A stretch of 64,000 bases of DNA from an uncultured Aliarcobacter sp. (lineage in GTDB: Bacteria > Campylobacterota > Campylobacteria > Campylobacterales > Arcobacteraceae). A program made the translations under genes and the position numbers. The stretch is from positions 224,001 to 288,000 of the forward strand of contig CAXXLV010000002.1 in NCBI GenBank assembly GCA_963664305.2. Reading direction: 5' to 3'. The stretch's first letter is position 1, and each line of letters starts with the position of its first letter. Below the pieces are notes generated by a model that did not search any database, was not told where the DNA came from, and saw only the letters and a list, made by a program, of their open reading frames with translations. This document shows positions 18,149-27,972 of the stretch, one piece after another.

Positions 18149-20251
18149 ATGAAAAAAATCTCTCTTTATGCAAGTGCTTTACTTGTAAGTACAAATTTAA
18201 TGATAGCATCAACTATAACTCTAGATACAACTACTACAGGAACAGCAGGAGTTACTCAATTTACATATGGTGGAGGATCTGATTTTTATGATGGTACGAA
18301 AATTTTTGTCTATTCAATGGATTCTTATGATTTAATAATTGATACAAATATTACTTATACTGATTTAAGTACAAATACTGGTTTAGTAGGTGGTATACTT
18401 GAACATTCTACTACTTCGAATAATATAGATGATAAATCAATAACAAATAACTCAATTATTTCTATAAATACAGATTACTCAGCACGTGGATTAGTCATTG
18501 ATTATAATGATATAGACTCTTCAATAAATAACAATGGCCAAATATTAGTTAATAGTGTATCAAATAATACTTATGGGATTTTCATTGGAGATGATCTAAA
18601 TGGTTCGATAATAAATAATGGAACAATTAGAGCTACTTCAAATAATCAATTAAATAGAAATAGTTATGTTATAAATACAAATTCGATAACTAATCAAGGT
18701 ATTATTACAAATAATGGTTCATTAGAAGGAAATTTTAATGTTTATGCTCAAATAGATAATAATGGAACAATTAAACTTCCTAAAATGGGAAATAATGATT
18801 CTGCATGGGTAGACACTTATAATCAATCTTCAAGTGGTATTTTACAAATTCAAGTTGATTCTGATAATGCTGGAAATGTAACTGATTATTCAAAACTTCA
18901 AGGTACAGATATCACGTTTGCAACAGGAAGTACTATTGATGTAAATGTACTAAATCAAAATTTATTAGCAGGACAAACATTAAGTGGTGTTGTTGAAGCA
19001 TCTGGTCCAGGTGCAGCATTAAGTGCAAATGATTTAAATATTACAGATAATTCTGCACTTCTAAATTTCACATACTCTTTATCAAATGGAGGATTAAGTT
19101 TAGATTTACAAACTGTAAGTGCTGGAACTATTTATAGTTCTGTAGTATCTGGTGGTGGAAATAGTGCTGCACAAAATGCAGGAAGAGCTTTAACAACTAT
19201 TCAAAATAGTGGAAATACTCAAATGAACTCTGTATTTACAGCACTAAATAATCTTTCTACTAATCAAGCAGTTGCAAGTGCAGTTGAAACTACAACACCT
19301 CAAATCTCAAATGCAGCAAGTGAAGCTACATCACAAATTTCTAGAAATATTTCAAATATTGTAAATCAAAGACAAAATGTATATTTAGGAAATGGTTTAA
19401 ACTCTGGTGATATGATATTTGGTGAAAAAAGTTTATGGGTTAAACCTTTTGGTTCAATGGGTTCTCAACAAGATAAAGATGGATTAAATGGTTTTGATAC
19501 AAAAACTTATGGATTAGGTTTAGGTATTGAAGGTGAATATGCAGATAATCAAAAATTAGGATTTGCACTATTTTATGCAAATGCAAATGTTGATATGAAT
19601 AATATTTCTCAAGATGCAGACTTAGACGTATTTAGTGCATCTGTGTATGGAAATGTACCTGTAATAGACGACAAAACACAATTATTATATCAATTAGGTT
19701 ATTCATTACAAAAAACAGATTCTACTAGAGATATTTCTTTGACTAGTCAAACAGCAACAGCTGATTATACTTCAAAAAGTGCATCTGCTGATTTAAGATT
19801 AGTAAGAGATTATCAACTAAATGAAAAAGTTTTATTACAACCTATGGTTTCTACAACATATAGATATTTTAATACTCCTTCTTATTCTGAAAGTGGAGCA
19901 GGTTCTTTAAATTTAAATGTTGACAAATTTACGACAGATGAATTCTTAGTTGGATTAGGAAGTGCAGCACAATATAAAATAGATGATAGTTCAAAATTAA
20001 TTGGAAATGTAAATTTATATTATGATTTAATTGATGATAATAGAGCTGTTACATCATCTTATTCTGGTGCTACTGGAGTATCATTTGATACTTATGGAAT
20101 TGATAATGGTAGATTATCTCATGAAATAGGTTTAGGTTATGAAAGAGAAATTACAACGTTAAGTAATATTAATTTCTCATATAACTATCAAGGAAAAGGT
20201 ACTGATTATAGTGATCATTTAATCTCAGCAAAATATGTATTGAAATTTTAA
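18149..20251 (+). CDS. Autotransporter (type Va) outer-membrane protein
   Basis: Signal peptide, Asn/Thr-rich passenger with I-x-N-N-G-x-I repeats, beta-barrel starting LWVKPFG, C-terminal YVLKF. Confidence 0.88.
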   Translation: MKKISLYASALLVSTNLMIASTITLDTTTTGTAGVTQFTYGGGSDFYDGTKIFVYSMDSYDLIIDTNITYTDLSTNTGLVGGILEHSTTSNNIDDKSITNNSIISINTDYSARGLVIDYNDIDSSINNNGQILVNSVSNNTYGIFIGDDLNGSIINNGTIRATSNNQLNRNSYVINTNSITNQGIITNNGSLEGNFNVYAQIDNNGTIKLPKMGNNDSAWVDTYNQSSSGILQIQVDSDNAGNVTDYSKLQGTDITFATGSTIDVNVLNQNLLAGQTLSGVVEASGPGAALSANDLNITDNSALLNFTYSLSNGGLSLDLQTVSAGTIYSSVVSGGGNSAAQNAGRALTTIQNSGNTQMNSVFTALNNLSTNQAVASAVETTTPQISNAASEATSQISRNISNIVNQRQNVYLGNGLNSGDMIFGEKSLWVKPFGSMGSQQDKDGLNGFDTKTYGLGLGIEGEYADNQKLGFALFYANANVDMNNISQDADLDVFSASVYGNVPVIDDKTQLLYQLGYSLQKTDSTRDISLTSQTATADYTSKSASADLRLVRDYQLNEKVLLQPMVSTTYRYFNTPSYSESGAGSLNLNVDKFTTDEFLVGLGSAAQYKIDDSSKLIGNVNLYYDLIDDNRAVTSSYSGATGVSFDTYGIDNGRLSHEIGLGYEREITTLSNINFSYNYQGKGTDYSDHLISAKYVLKF

Positions 20252-20377
20252 ATATAAATACTTCTAACAGTAAAAAGTAGTTAAAAATAATAAAGTAAAA
20301 TATTTTTAACTCTTTTTATTATAAAATATAATAAAATTTATTATGATTTATAATGAAAAGATTAGGAGATTTTTTTT

Positions 20378-21076
20378 ATGAATGATATAAGTGAGTTAAA
20401 ATTATTATATGTTGAAGATGAATTAAATACATTATTGTTGTATGAAAAATATTTTAAATCAAAATTTGAAATTGTTTATACTGCAAGAGATGGAATAAAA
20501 GCTTTAGAAATATATACAAAATATAAACCTAATTTATTAATTTTAGATATTAATTTACCATTCTTAAATGGTTTAGAACTCACTAAAAAAATACGTAAAT
20601 TTGATAATGAAACTAAAATTATTCTTCTTACTGCAAGAGATGATAAAGAGATTTTAATTCAAGCTATAGGATTGGATGTTCTTATGTATTTAGAAAAACC
20701 TTTAACAAGAAATAGTTTAAAAAATATGTTTGATAAAGTAGAAGCATCTTATGAAAATCAGTTATATAAAACATTAGTTATTTATAAAGATGAATTAAAT
20801 GAATTTATTTGGAATAGTACAAAAAAAGTTTTATTACAAAATAAAGAGATTATAAAATTGACAAAAAAAGAGCTTTTACTTTTGGAATTATTTATAAATA
20901 AACCAAATGAAATTATACCTTTTGAATTGATCTATGATAAAGTTTGGATAGAAGATAGTTATAAAAATTTTAGTATACCTTCTATAAAAACTTTAGTAAA
21001 GAATCTTCGTTCAAAATTACCTGCAAGTACGATAAAAAGTTCTTATGGTGCAGGATTTATATTTAATTTAAAATGA
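20378..21076 (+). CDS. OmpR-family response regulator
   Basis: YVEDE, ILDI and LTA receiver motifs; LTKKE...LVKNLRSKL...YGAG winged helix. Confidence 0.92.
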   Translation: MNDISELKLLYVEDELNTLLLYEKYFKSKFEIVYTARDGIKALEIYTKYKPNLLILDINLPFLNGLELTKKIRKFDNETKIILLTARDDKEILIQAIGLDVLMYLEKPLTRNSLKNMFDKVEASYENQLYKTLVIYKDELNEFIWNSTKKVLLQNKEIIKLTKKELLLLELFINKPNEIIPFELIYDKVWIEDSYKNFSIPSIKTLVKNLRSKLPASTIKSSYGAGFIFNLK

Positions 21077-23583
21077 AAAATTTAAAAATAATTTTTACAT
21101 TATTATTAATACTTTTTGATGTTCATGCTAATGATTCTTTAGAAAAAGTTAAATTACAACTTCAATGGAAACATCAATTCGAATTTGCAGGTTTTTATGC
21201 TGCAAAGGAAAAAGATTTTTATAAAGATGAAGGTTTAGATGTAGAATTAATAGAATTTGATAACGATGTAAATATTATACAAAGTGTTTTAGATGGTAAA
21301 AATGATTATGGTATAACATATTCAAATTTAATCAGTGAATATCTTGAAGGAAAACCTTTAATTTTTATTGCAAATTTTCTTAAACAATCTCCTCTTGCTT
21401 TAGTTACACAAAAAGATATTACTTCACCTGCTGAATTAAAAGACAAAAAAATTATGGGTGTATCTGACCAAATTAATAGTTCTATGTTTTTATTAATTTT
21501 CAAACGATTTGGTATAAAAACTGATGATTTTATATCCGTAGCTCCAACTTTTAATATTGATGATTTTATAGATGGAAAAGTTGATGCAATGACAGTATTT
21601 ACTACAAATGAACCATATTTTTTAGATGAAATTAATTATAAATATAATTTGATTAACCCAACAATTTTTGGTGCAGAATTTTATGATTTAAATTTATTTA
21701 CTTCAAAAAATGAACTAATTAATAATCCATCAAGAGTTGAAAAAATCAAACGGGCTACAATAAGAGGTTGGGAATATGCACTAAAACATAAAGAAGAAAT
21801 AATTAATATTATTTTAAAAAAATATAATTCTCAACATAAAACAAAAGAAGCTTTAATGTATGAAGCAAATAAAATAGAAAGTCTAATGTTACCTTCAGTT
21901 TATTCAATAGGTAGTATTGACAAAGGTAGAATAAAATTAATTATAGATAATTTTATAAGTTTAAATCTAATAAATGAATATAAAAATGTAGATATAAATG
22001 ATTTTGTTTATGAACGAACTTCACTTCCTATAACAGCTGAAGAAGAACAATACTTAAATAGTAAAAAAAATATAAAAATTTGTATTCATCCTAAATGGTA
22101 TCCTTTTGAAGCTTTAAATGAAAATCAAGAACATGTTGGATTGAGTAAAGATTATTTAGATTTATTTTCAAAATTTATAAAAAAAGATTTTAAAATTGTT
22201 TCAACTGGAAGTTGGCAGGAATCTTTAGAATTTTTAGAAGATAAAAATTGTGATATTTTACCAATAGCACCAGAAACATTTATGGATAAAGCCAATTTAA
22301 TTTTTACTAAACACTATTTTTCAACAGATTTAGTAATGATAGGAAGAAAAAATGATGACCTTAAAATATCAAATAGCTATACAAAAAAAACAATAGGAAT
22401 TTGTAAAAATTTTAAATTGAATGAAGAAATAAGAAATAGATATTCAAATATTAAATTTATAGAAATTGAAAATTATGTGAAAGGTTTTAAGTTATTAAGT
22501 GAAAAAAAAATTGATGGATATATAAATGCATTACCTGTAATGAGTAATTATTTACAAAGTAATTACTCAGAGGAGTTAAAAATAATGGATAAACTTGATG
22601 AAAAGTTGAATTTTTCTATAGCAGTTAGAAATGATGAAAAAATGCTTCAAGAAATTTTGAATAAAGCAATTCTTAGAATAACAAACGAAGATGTAAAAAA
22701 AATTAGTGATAAATATTTAATTCCAGTTATAGAAAAAGAAAAAGATAATTCTATATTAAAAATTATTATTTTTATTATTGTTTTATTTGTTGTTTATTTA
22801 CTTTTTAAACAATATATTTCATATAAAGTGACAAAAATATTAAAGAATAAAATTGAAATAGAAATAGAAAAATCAAAACAAAAAGATAATATGATATTTC
22901 ATCAGAATAAGTTAATTGCTATGGGAGAAATGATTGAAAATATTGCTCATCAATGGAAACAACCATTACATGAATTAAATTGTAATATTATATTAATGGA
23001 TGAAGAGTTAAAAAAATTAAAAATAAAAAATAATTCATTAGATGAATATTTGGATAATATTGAAAATTTGACAGTTTATATGTCTTCTACAATTAATGAT
23101 TTTAAAAAGTTTTATTCAAAAGAAAAAGAACTTAAAAAATTTAATTTATTAACAATTATTAATAATACTTTGGCAATATTAAAACAATCTTTTCAACAAG
23201 AAAATATTTTAGTTGAAGTAAATTCTATAGAACCTATTATTATAGAAAATTATGCAAATGAATTTCAACAAGTAATTTTATCTATTTTAAATAATTCAAG
23301 AGAAGCTTTTAAAGATAAAGATATTGAAAAAAAGTATATAAAAATAGATATAAATGAGTTAAAAGATAATATTTTAATTTCAATAGAAGATAATGCTGGT
23401 GGAATAAAAAAAGAGATAATAGATAAGATTTTTGATCAACACTTTACAACAAAAAAGATTTCTTTAGGTAGTGGATTAGGTTTATATGTTTCTAAGATGA
23501 TTATAGAAAATAGTATAAAGGGAAAAATAGAAGTAAAAAGTATTAAAAATAAGTCAATTTTTACAATTAAACTAAAAAAATAA
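21073..23583 (+). CDS. Sensor histidine kinase with SsuA/THI5-like and PBP periplasmic domains
   Basis: LQLQWKHQFEFAGFYAA N-terminus, second PBP domain (WYPFE), TM, IAHQWKQP H-box, DNAGG and GSGLGL. Confidence 0.92.
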   Translation: MKNLKIIFTLLLILFDVHANDSLEKVKLQLQWKHQFEFAGFYAAKEKDFYKDEGLDVELIEFDNDVNIIQSVLDGKNDYGITYSNLISEYLEGKPLIFIANFLKQSPLALVTQKDITSPAELKDKKIMGVSDQINSSMFLLIFKRFGIKTDDFISVAPTFNIDDFIDGKVDAMTVFTTNEPYFLDEINYKYNLINPTIFGAEFYDLNLFTSKNELINNPSRVEKIKRATIRGWEYALKHKEEIINIILKKYNSQHKTKEALMYEANKIESLMLPSVYSIGSIDKGRIKLIIDNFISLNLINEYKNVDINDFVYERTSLPITAEEEQYLNSKKNIKICIHPKWYPFEALNENQEHVGLSKDYLDLFSKFIKKDFKIVSTGSWQESLEFLEDKNCDILPIAPETFMDKANLIFTKHYFSTDLVMIGRKNDDLKISNSYTKKTIGICKNFKLNEEIRNRYSNIKFIEIENYVKGFKLLSEKKIDGYINALPVMSNYLQSNYSEELKIMDKLDEKLNFSIAVRNDEKMLQEILNKAILRITNEDVKKISDKYLIPVIEKEKDNSILKIIIFIIVLFVVYLLFKQYISYKVTKILKNKIEIEIEKSKQKDNMIFHQNKLIAMGEMIENIAHQWKQPLHELNCNIILMDEELKKLKIKNNSLDEYLDNIENLTVYMSSTINDFKKFYSKEKELKKFNLLTIINNTLAILKQSFQQENILVEVNSIEPIIIENYANEFQQVILSILNNSREAFKDKDIEKKYIKIDINELKDNILISIEDNAGGIKKEIIDKIFDQHFTTKKISLGSGLGLYVSKMIIENSIKGKIEVKSIKNKSIFTIKLKK

Positions 23584-23657
23584 TAAATTATTTTTTATGT
23601 GACGTTATTTGTGACAAAAAAATGATAAAATTTTTTTATTATAAAAAAGAAGTAAAA

Positions 23658-24014
23658 ATGATAATAGAAGACAAAGAAAGACTACTAAAAATCCATAAAA
23701 ACATTGAACCTATAATGAATGATAAAATAATGTGGGGAAATAAACTTTTAAATATGCTTATCGCAATTGCTCTTGATAAGTATATTCAAGAAAATATAAA
23801 TAAAGTTATATCTTTAGAAAAATTACTTTTATTTGTAGGATATAATAATTTGATTAAAATATATTTGAATATAAAACCAAAAAAAACTTTAATTATTGGA
23901 AATCATTTAAGAGCAACGACAGAAGATGAAGCTATTCACATGATAGAAAATCAATGGAATGATGATTATGGATATTTTATTGATGAATTTTATAATACGC
24001 TTTTAGATTATTAA
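23658..24014 (+). CDS. Hypothetical protein
   Basis: Open frame filling the gap, followed by a terminator; no motif recognised; start uncertain. Confidence 0.55.
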   Translation: MIIEDKERLLKIHKNIEPIMNDKIMWGNKLLNMLIAIALDKYIQENINKVISLEKLLLFVGYNNLIKIYLNIKPKKTLIIGNHLRATTEDEAIHMIENQWNDDYGYFIDEFYNTLLDY

Positions 24015-24030
24015 GAGTTTAAAATAGATT

Positions 24031-24065
24031 AAAAAAGGTATTTACTTTTTGTAAATACCTTTTTT
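24031..24065. terminator. Bidirectional intrinsic terminator
   Basis: AAAAAAGGTATTTAC-TTTTT-GTAAATACCTTTTTT between convergent genes. Confidence 0.85.
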
Positions 24066-24066
24066 T

Positions 24067-25350
24067 TTATTTGAAAATATCTGACATTTGATTTTTATAC
24101 CATCCGACAGCATATTCTGCTTCTTGTGCTCTAAAATTATCATCAGCATCTTGAGGACTTAATCCCCCAGCATCTTTTACTGCAACTATTTTATCAGTGT
24201 GAGCTTCATAAACAGCTGCAATTGAAATACCATAAGTTGGAGATAATAAACTATAACAAGTATTAGCAAGTTTTGGAGGATTTATAACTGCTTGATTTTT
24301 TAAAATTTTAGAGATTTGAAGAGCTACAATTTTACCTTGTGAATTAGCAGAAAAACCTGATTTTGGCATTGGACTAGCCATAGAAGCATCACCAATTACA
24401 TGAACATTTTTTACAAGTTTTGACTCAAAAGTTTTAGTATTAACAGGACACCAATCTCCCATTACTAGTCTTGAATCAAATGCAAGTTTTCCAGCTTTTT
24501 GTTCAGGAATATAATTTAAAACATCTGCTTTGATTTTTTCATCTTCAGTTGTTACAACTTTATTTATTGGGTCAACTGATATTACTTTACCACCAAATTC
24601 AGCACTTCTCCATTCAATCATATTTGGATAAAGTTTTTCCCAACCTTCTTGAAATAAAGCTTGTTTTGAAAATTTATTTTTTTGGTCAAGAATTATAATT
24701 TTTGAATTTGGTTTATTATTTTTTAAATAATGCGCAACAAGAGAAACTCTTTCATAAGGTCCAGGAGGACATCTAAAAGGGTCTTTTGGTACAACCATTA
24801 CAAATATTCCACCATCTTTCATCTCTTCTAATTGTTTTCTTAAAAGTTCAGTCTGAGAGCCAGCTTTATAGGCATGTGGTGCATACTCTTCTGAACCTTC
24901 AACATAACCTTTTTCATATTTAAAATCAATCCCCGGTGCAACTATTGCTTTTGTATAAGTTATAGTTTTTCCACTTTCTAAAATTACACTATTTTTAATT
25001 CCATCAAGTTTTTTTACTTTTTCATGAATTACTGTAATATCATATTTTTTTTCTAAAGTATTATAATCATGTTTTATATATTCAATAGGATTCATTCCTG
25101 CAATTACAGTATTACTAAATGGACAAGTATAATATTCTTTATTTTGTTCAATTAGAATAATTTCTGTATCAGGAGAAAATTTTCTTAAATATTTAGCAGC
25201 AGTTGCACCACCAAATCCACCACCAATAATCACTACTCTTTGTTTGTTTTTTGAAGGTGTAGTTATATCTTCGATTGTATTTGTACATGCTGTAAAAGAT
25301 AAAGCTGTTGCACCTAATACTATTTTATGGAAGTTTCTTCTATTCATCAT
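24067..25350 (-). CDS. fccB: Flavocytochrome c sulfide dehydrogenase, flavoprotein subunit
   Basis: RRNFH Tat signal, GGGFGG FAD motif, TCPFSN, RCPPGPYER, PKSGFSA and NTCYS. Confidence 0.9.
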   Translation of the reverse strand: MMNRRNFHKIVLGATALSFTACTNTIEDITTPSKNKQRVVIIGGGFGGATAAKYLRKFSPDTEIILIEQNKEYYTCPFSNTVIAGMNPIEYIKHDYNTLEKKYDITVIHEKVKKLDGIKNSVILESGKTITYTKAIVAPGIDFKYEKGYVEGSEEYAPHAYKAGSQTELLRKQLEEMKDGGIFVMVVPKDPFRCPPGPYERVSLVAHYLKNNKPNSKIIILDQKNKFSKQALFQEGWEKLYPNMIEWRSAEFGGKVISVDPINKVVTTEDEKIKADVLNYIPEQKAGKLAFDSRLVMGDWCPVNTKTFESKLVKNVHVIGDASMASPMPKSGFSANSQGKIVALQISKILKNQAVINPPKLANTCYSLLSPTYGISIAAVYEAHTDKIVAVKDAGGLSPQDADDNFRAQEAEYAVGWYKNQMSDIFK

Positions 25351-25362
25351 GATATTTTCCTT

Positions 25363-25659
25363 TTATCTTTCTATACTTGAAAAGTAATAAGAAATTTGTT
25401 CAAGTTCTTCATCTGTGAAACCTTTTACATGTTTTTGCATCATAGTTTCAGTTCTTTTGCCATTTTTGTAATCTAATAGAGTTTGATATAGATTAGTTTT
25501 CCCCATTCCTGCAATATATGGAGTTATTGCTTCAGATTTTCCATCTGTTCCATGACAAGAAGCACAAGAAAGTGCTAACATTTCACCCCTAATTGGGTCA
25601 TATTCTGCAGCTATTGAAAAACTATAGACACAGATAAATAAAAGTGCAATTTTTTTCAT
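25363..25659 (-). CDS. fccA: Monoheme cytochrome c, sulfide dehydrogenase partner
   Basis: Signal peptide, CASCHGTDG heme motif, TMM axial Met; directly upstream of fccB. Confidence 0.85.
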   Translation of the reverse strand: MKKIALLFICVYSFSIAAEYDPIRGEMLALSCASCHGTDGKSEAITPYIAGMGKTNLYQTLLDYKNGKRTETMMQKHVKGFTDEELEQISYYFSSIER

Positions 25660-25800
25660 TTTCTCTCCTTAAGATATAACAAAATATAAATATAATTATA
25701 ATAAGTTATTAATCTTAAAACGAAATAAATTATTTAATAAAAAATCTTTCAAAATGTAATAATTTTAAATCTAATTATAAAAATATAATAAAATTATTCT

Positions 25801-27072
25801 ATGTTTTTACACTTAGATATAGATTGTTTTTTTGTTTCTGCTCATAGAACTATTGATGATAGTTTATTTCATATTCCAGTTGCGGTTGGAGGACGAAGTA
25901 ATATTAATATTTTTTCTTCAAAAAAAGAGGTTAGACAAATTTCTTCAAATAGTGGAGCTTTTGTTAGTACGATACTTACAAATGAAGGTCATAAGAGTTT
26001 TAAAGATTATTTTGTTGATGAAAATGGAAAAATAAGAGGAATAATAACAACAGCATCTTATGAAGCACGTGCATTTGGAGTAAAAACTGCAATGAGTGTA
26101 AATGAAGCTTTAACTCTTTGTCCTCATCTTAAAATGCTTCCACCAAATTATCCTTTGTATCATGATTTATCAACAAAATTAAAAGAGCTTTTAGTTAAAG
26201 AGATTCCTTTAGTAGAACAATTTTCAATTGACGAATTTTTTGGAGATGTAACAGGTTATATAAATGAAGATGAGATAGTTGATTTTGCTTATAGATTGAA
26301 AAAGAAAATTTATGATGAGTTGAAATTACCTATTTCAATAGGAATTGCAAATACGAAATATTTATCAAAATTAATAACAGAATATGCAAAACCAGATGGA
26401 GTAAAATACGTAAGTGTTGATAATATAGCAAATTTTATAAGAGATATTCCTATTGGAGAGTTTCCTGGAATTGGAAAAGGTTTTCAAGAAAGACTTAAAG
26501 GTTATGGAATAAAAACTTTAGGAGATATAAGAAAAAATCAAAAACTTTTTTATTCTTGGAAAAAGCCAGGAATTGATTTGTATAACAGAGTTTGTGGAAT
26601 TAGAGATAATAAATTAACAATTGAAAGAGAAAAAAAATCTATAGGAATAGGGCGAACTTTTGATGTTATTTTTGATAGAGTCGAACTTAAGAGAAGAGTT
26701 ATGATACTTTGTCGATATTTATGTTTTTTAGTAAAAAAAGAGGGTGTAAATCCATTAACTTATGCTATAAAAATTAGATATGAATATAAAATAAAATCAA
26801 AAAATTATATAAATGTAAATAGAATTTTTAATGAAATGGATTTTAAGTCTGAGATGGTAAAACTTTTTGAACAAACAGATAATCATAAAACCCATGGAGT
26901 AATTCAACTATATATTACAGTTTTTAATTTTGCAAAACAAAATGATTATACATACAATCTTTTTGAATATGAAAATGATGTAAAAAAACAATTCCTTACA
27001 AATCAAATGCAAAAATTAAGAAGTAAATATGGAATTGATATTATAAAAAGTGCATTTGAAATACGTGAATAA
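25801..27072 (+). CDS. dinB: DNA polymerase IV (Y family)
   Basis: HLDIDCFF, TASYEAR, SIDE, KPDG and PGIG motifs. Confidence 0.93.
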   Translation: MFLHLDIDCFFVSAHRTIDDSLFHIPVAVGGRSNINIFSSKKEVRQISSNSGAFVSTILTNEGHKSFKDYFVDENGKIRGIITTASYEARAFGVKTAMSVNEALTLCPHLKMLPPNYPLYHDLSTKLKELLVKEIPLVEQFSIDEFFGDVTGYINEDEIVDFAYRLKKKIYDELKLPISIGIANTKYLSKLITEYAKPDGVKYVSVDNIANFIRDIPIGEFPGIGKGFQERLKGYGIKTLGDIRKNQKLFYSWKKPGIDLYNRVCGIRDNKLTIEREKKSIGIGRTFDVIFDRVELKRRVMILCRYLCFLVKKEGVNPLTYAIKIRYEYKIKSKNYINVNRIFNEMDFKSEMVKLFEQTDNHKTHGVIQLYITVFNFAKQNDYTYNLFEYENDVKKQFLTNQMQKLRSKYGIDIIKSAFEIRE

Positions 27073-27108
27073 TAGATTATTAAAATTATCAAATGATAAA
27101 ATATCTTA

Positions 27109-27128
27109 TTTATTGATAATCATTATTA
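27109..27128. promoter_or_regulatory. Fur-box-like operator
   Basis: TTTATTGATAATCATTATT matches 15/19 of GATAATGATAATCATTATC; the 7-1-7 core is TGATAAT-C-ATTATTA. Confidence 0.6.
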
Positions 27129-27184
27129 ATATTGTTTAAAGAATAAATATTTTAAAATTCTCTTTTACAAATAGGGGGAATTTA

Positions 27185-27598
27185 ATGCAAAATACTATTA
27201 GGTTGATGCGAATATCTTTTGGAATAATTTTTTTATGGTATGGAATATTGAAATTTTTTCCATCATTGAGTCCAGCTGAAGAGTTAGCTACAAAAACGAT
27301 TGATATTATGTTTTTTGGTTTAATAAATGAAACAATTTCAATTAAACTTTTAGCACTTTTAGAAGTAGGAATAGGTCTTGGATTTTTAAGTGGTTATTAT
27401 ACAAAGTTTGTTGTAGCAGTATTTTTAGGTCATATGATTTGCACCTTTGCACCATTATTTATACTTCCAGAGTTATCTTTTACTCATGCACCTTATGCTT
27501 TTACATTAGTTGGTCAGTATATAGTTAAAAATATTGTATTTATTTTAGGTGGAATTCTTATTTATCAAAATGAGTTAGCAAAAGAAACGAGAGACTAA
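27185..27598 (+). CDS. DoxX-family membrane protein
   Basis: RISFGIIFLWYGILKF, EVGIG and GQYIVKN; four TM segments. Confidence 0.8.
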   Translation: MQNTIRLMRISFGIIFLWYGILKFFPSLSPAEELATKTIDIMFFGLINETISIKLLALLEVGIGLGFLSGYYTKFVVAVFLGHMICTFAPLFILPELSFTHAPYAFTLVGQYIVKNIVFILGGILIYQNELAKETRD

Positions 27599-27642
27599 CT
27601 TTATTTAGAGTATACTTTCAAAAAATATTTTTGGAGTTATAA

Positions 27643-27948
27643 ATGAATTATCTTTTACAAGTAGATTTTCCTCATGATGGAATTTTTGGTGAAGAATTTT
27701 CAAAAGCTTTTGTAGATTTAGCAAAAGATATATCAAATGAAGATGGATTACTTTGGAAAATTTGGACTGAAAATGAAGAAACAAAAGAAGCAGGTGGGAT
27801 TTATTTATTTTCAAATGAAGCTGATGCAAAAAGATATTTAGATAAACATACTAAAAGACTTGAATCTTTTGGATATAAAAATATTAGAGGAAAAATTTTT
27901 AAAGTAAGTGAAGAGTTAAGTAAAATTACAAAAGCAAGTTTTTTATAA
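27643..27948 (+). CDS. ydhR: YdhR-family putative monooxygenase
   Basis: LLQVDF, GLLWKIWTEN, EAGGIYLF and YLDKHTKRL. Confidence 0.88.
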   Translation: MNYLLQVDFPHDGIFGEEFSKAFVDLAKDISNEDGLLWKIWTENEETKEAGGIYLFSNEADAKRYLDKHTKRLESFGYKNIRGKIFKVSEELSKITKASFL

Positions 27949-27950
27949 AT

Positions 27951-27972
27951 AAAAAGGGCAAAAGCCCTTTTT
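27951..27972. terminator. Bidirectional intrinsic terminator
   Basis: AAAAAGGGC-AAAA-GCCCTTTTT between convergent genes. Confidence 0.85.

Noticed and set aside
20370..20377. Poly-T tract between RBS and start as a phase-variation switch
   Set aside because: A/T runs of 8-9 nt are common throughout this AT-rich window; no long poly-G/C tracts were seen.
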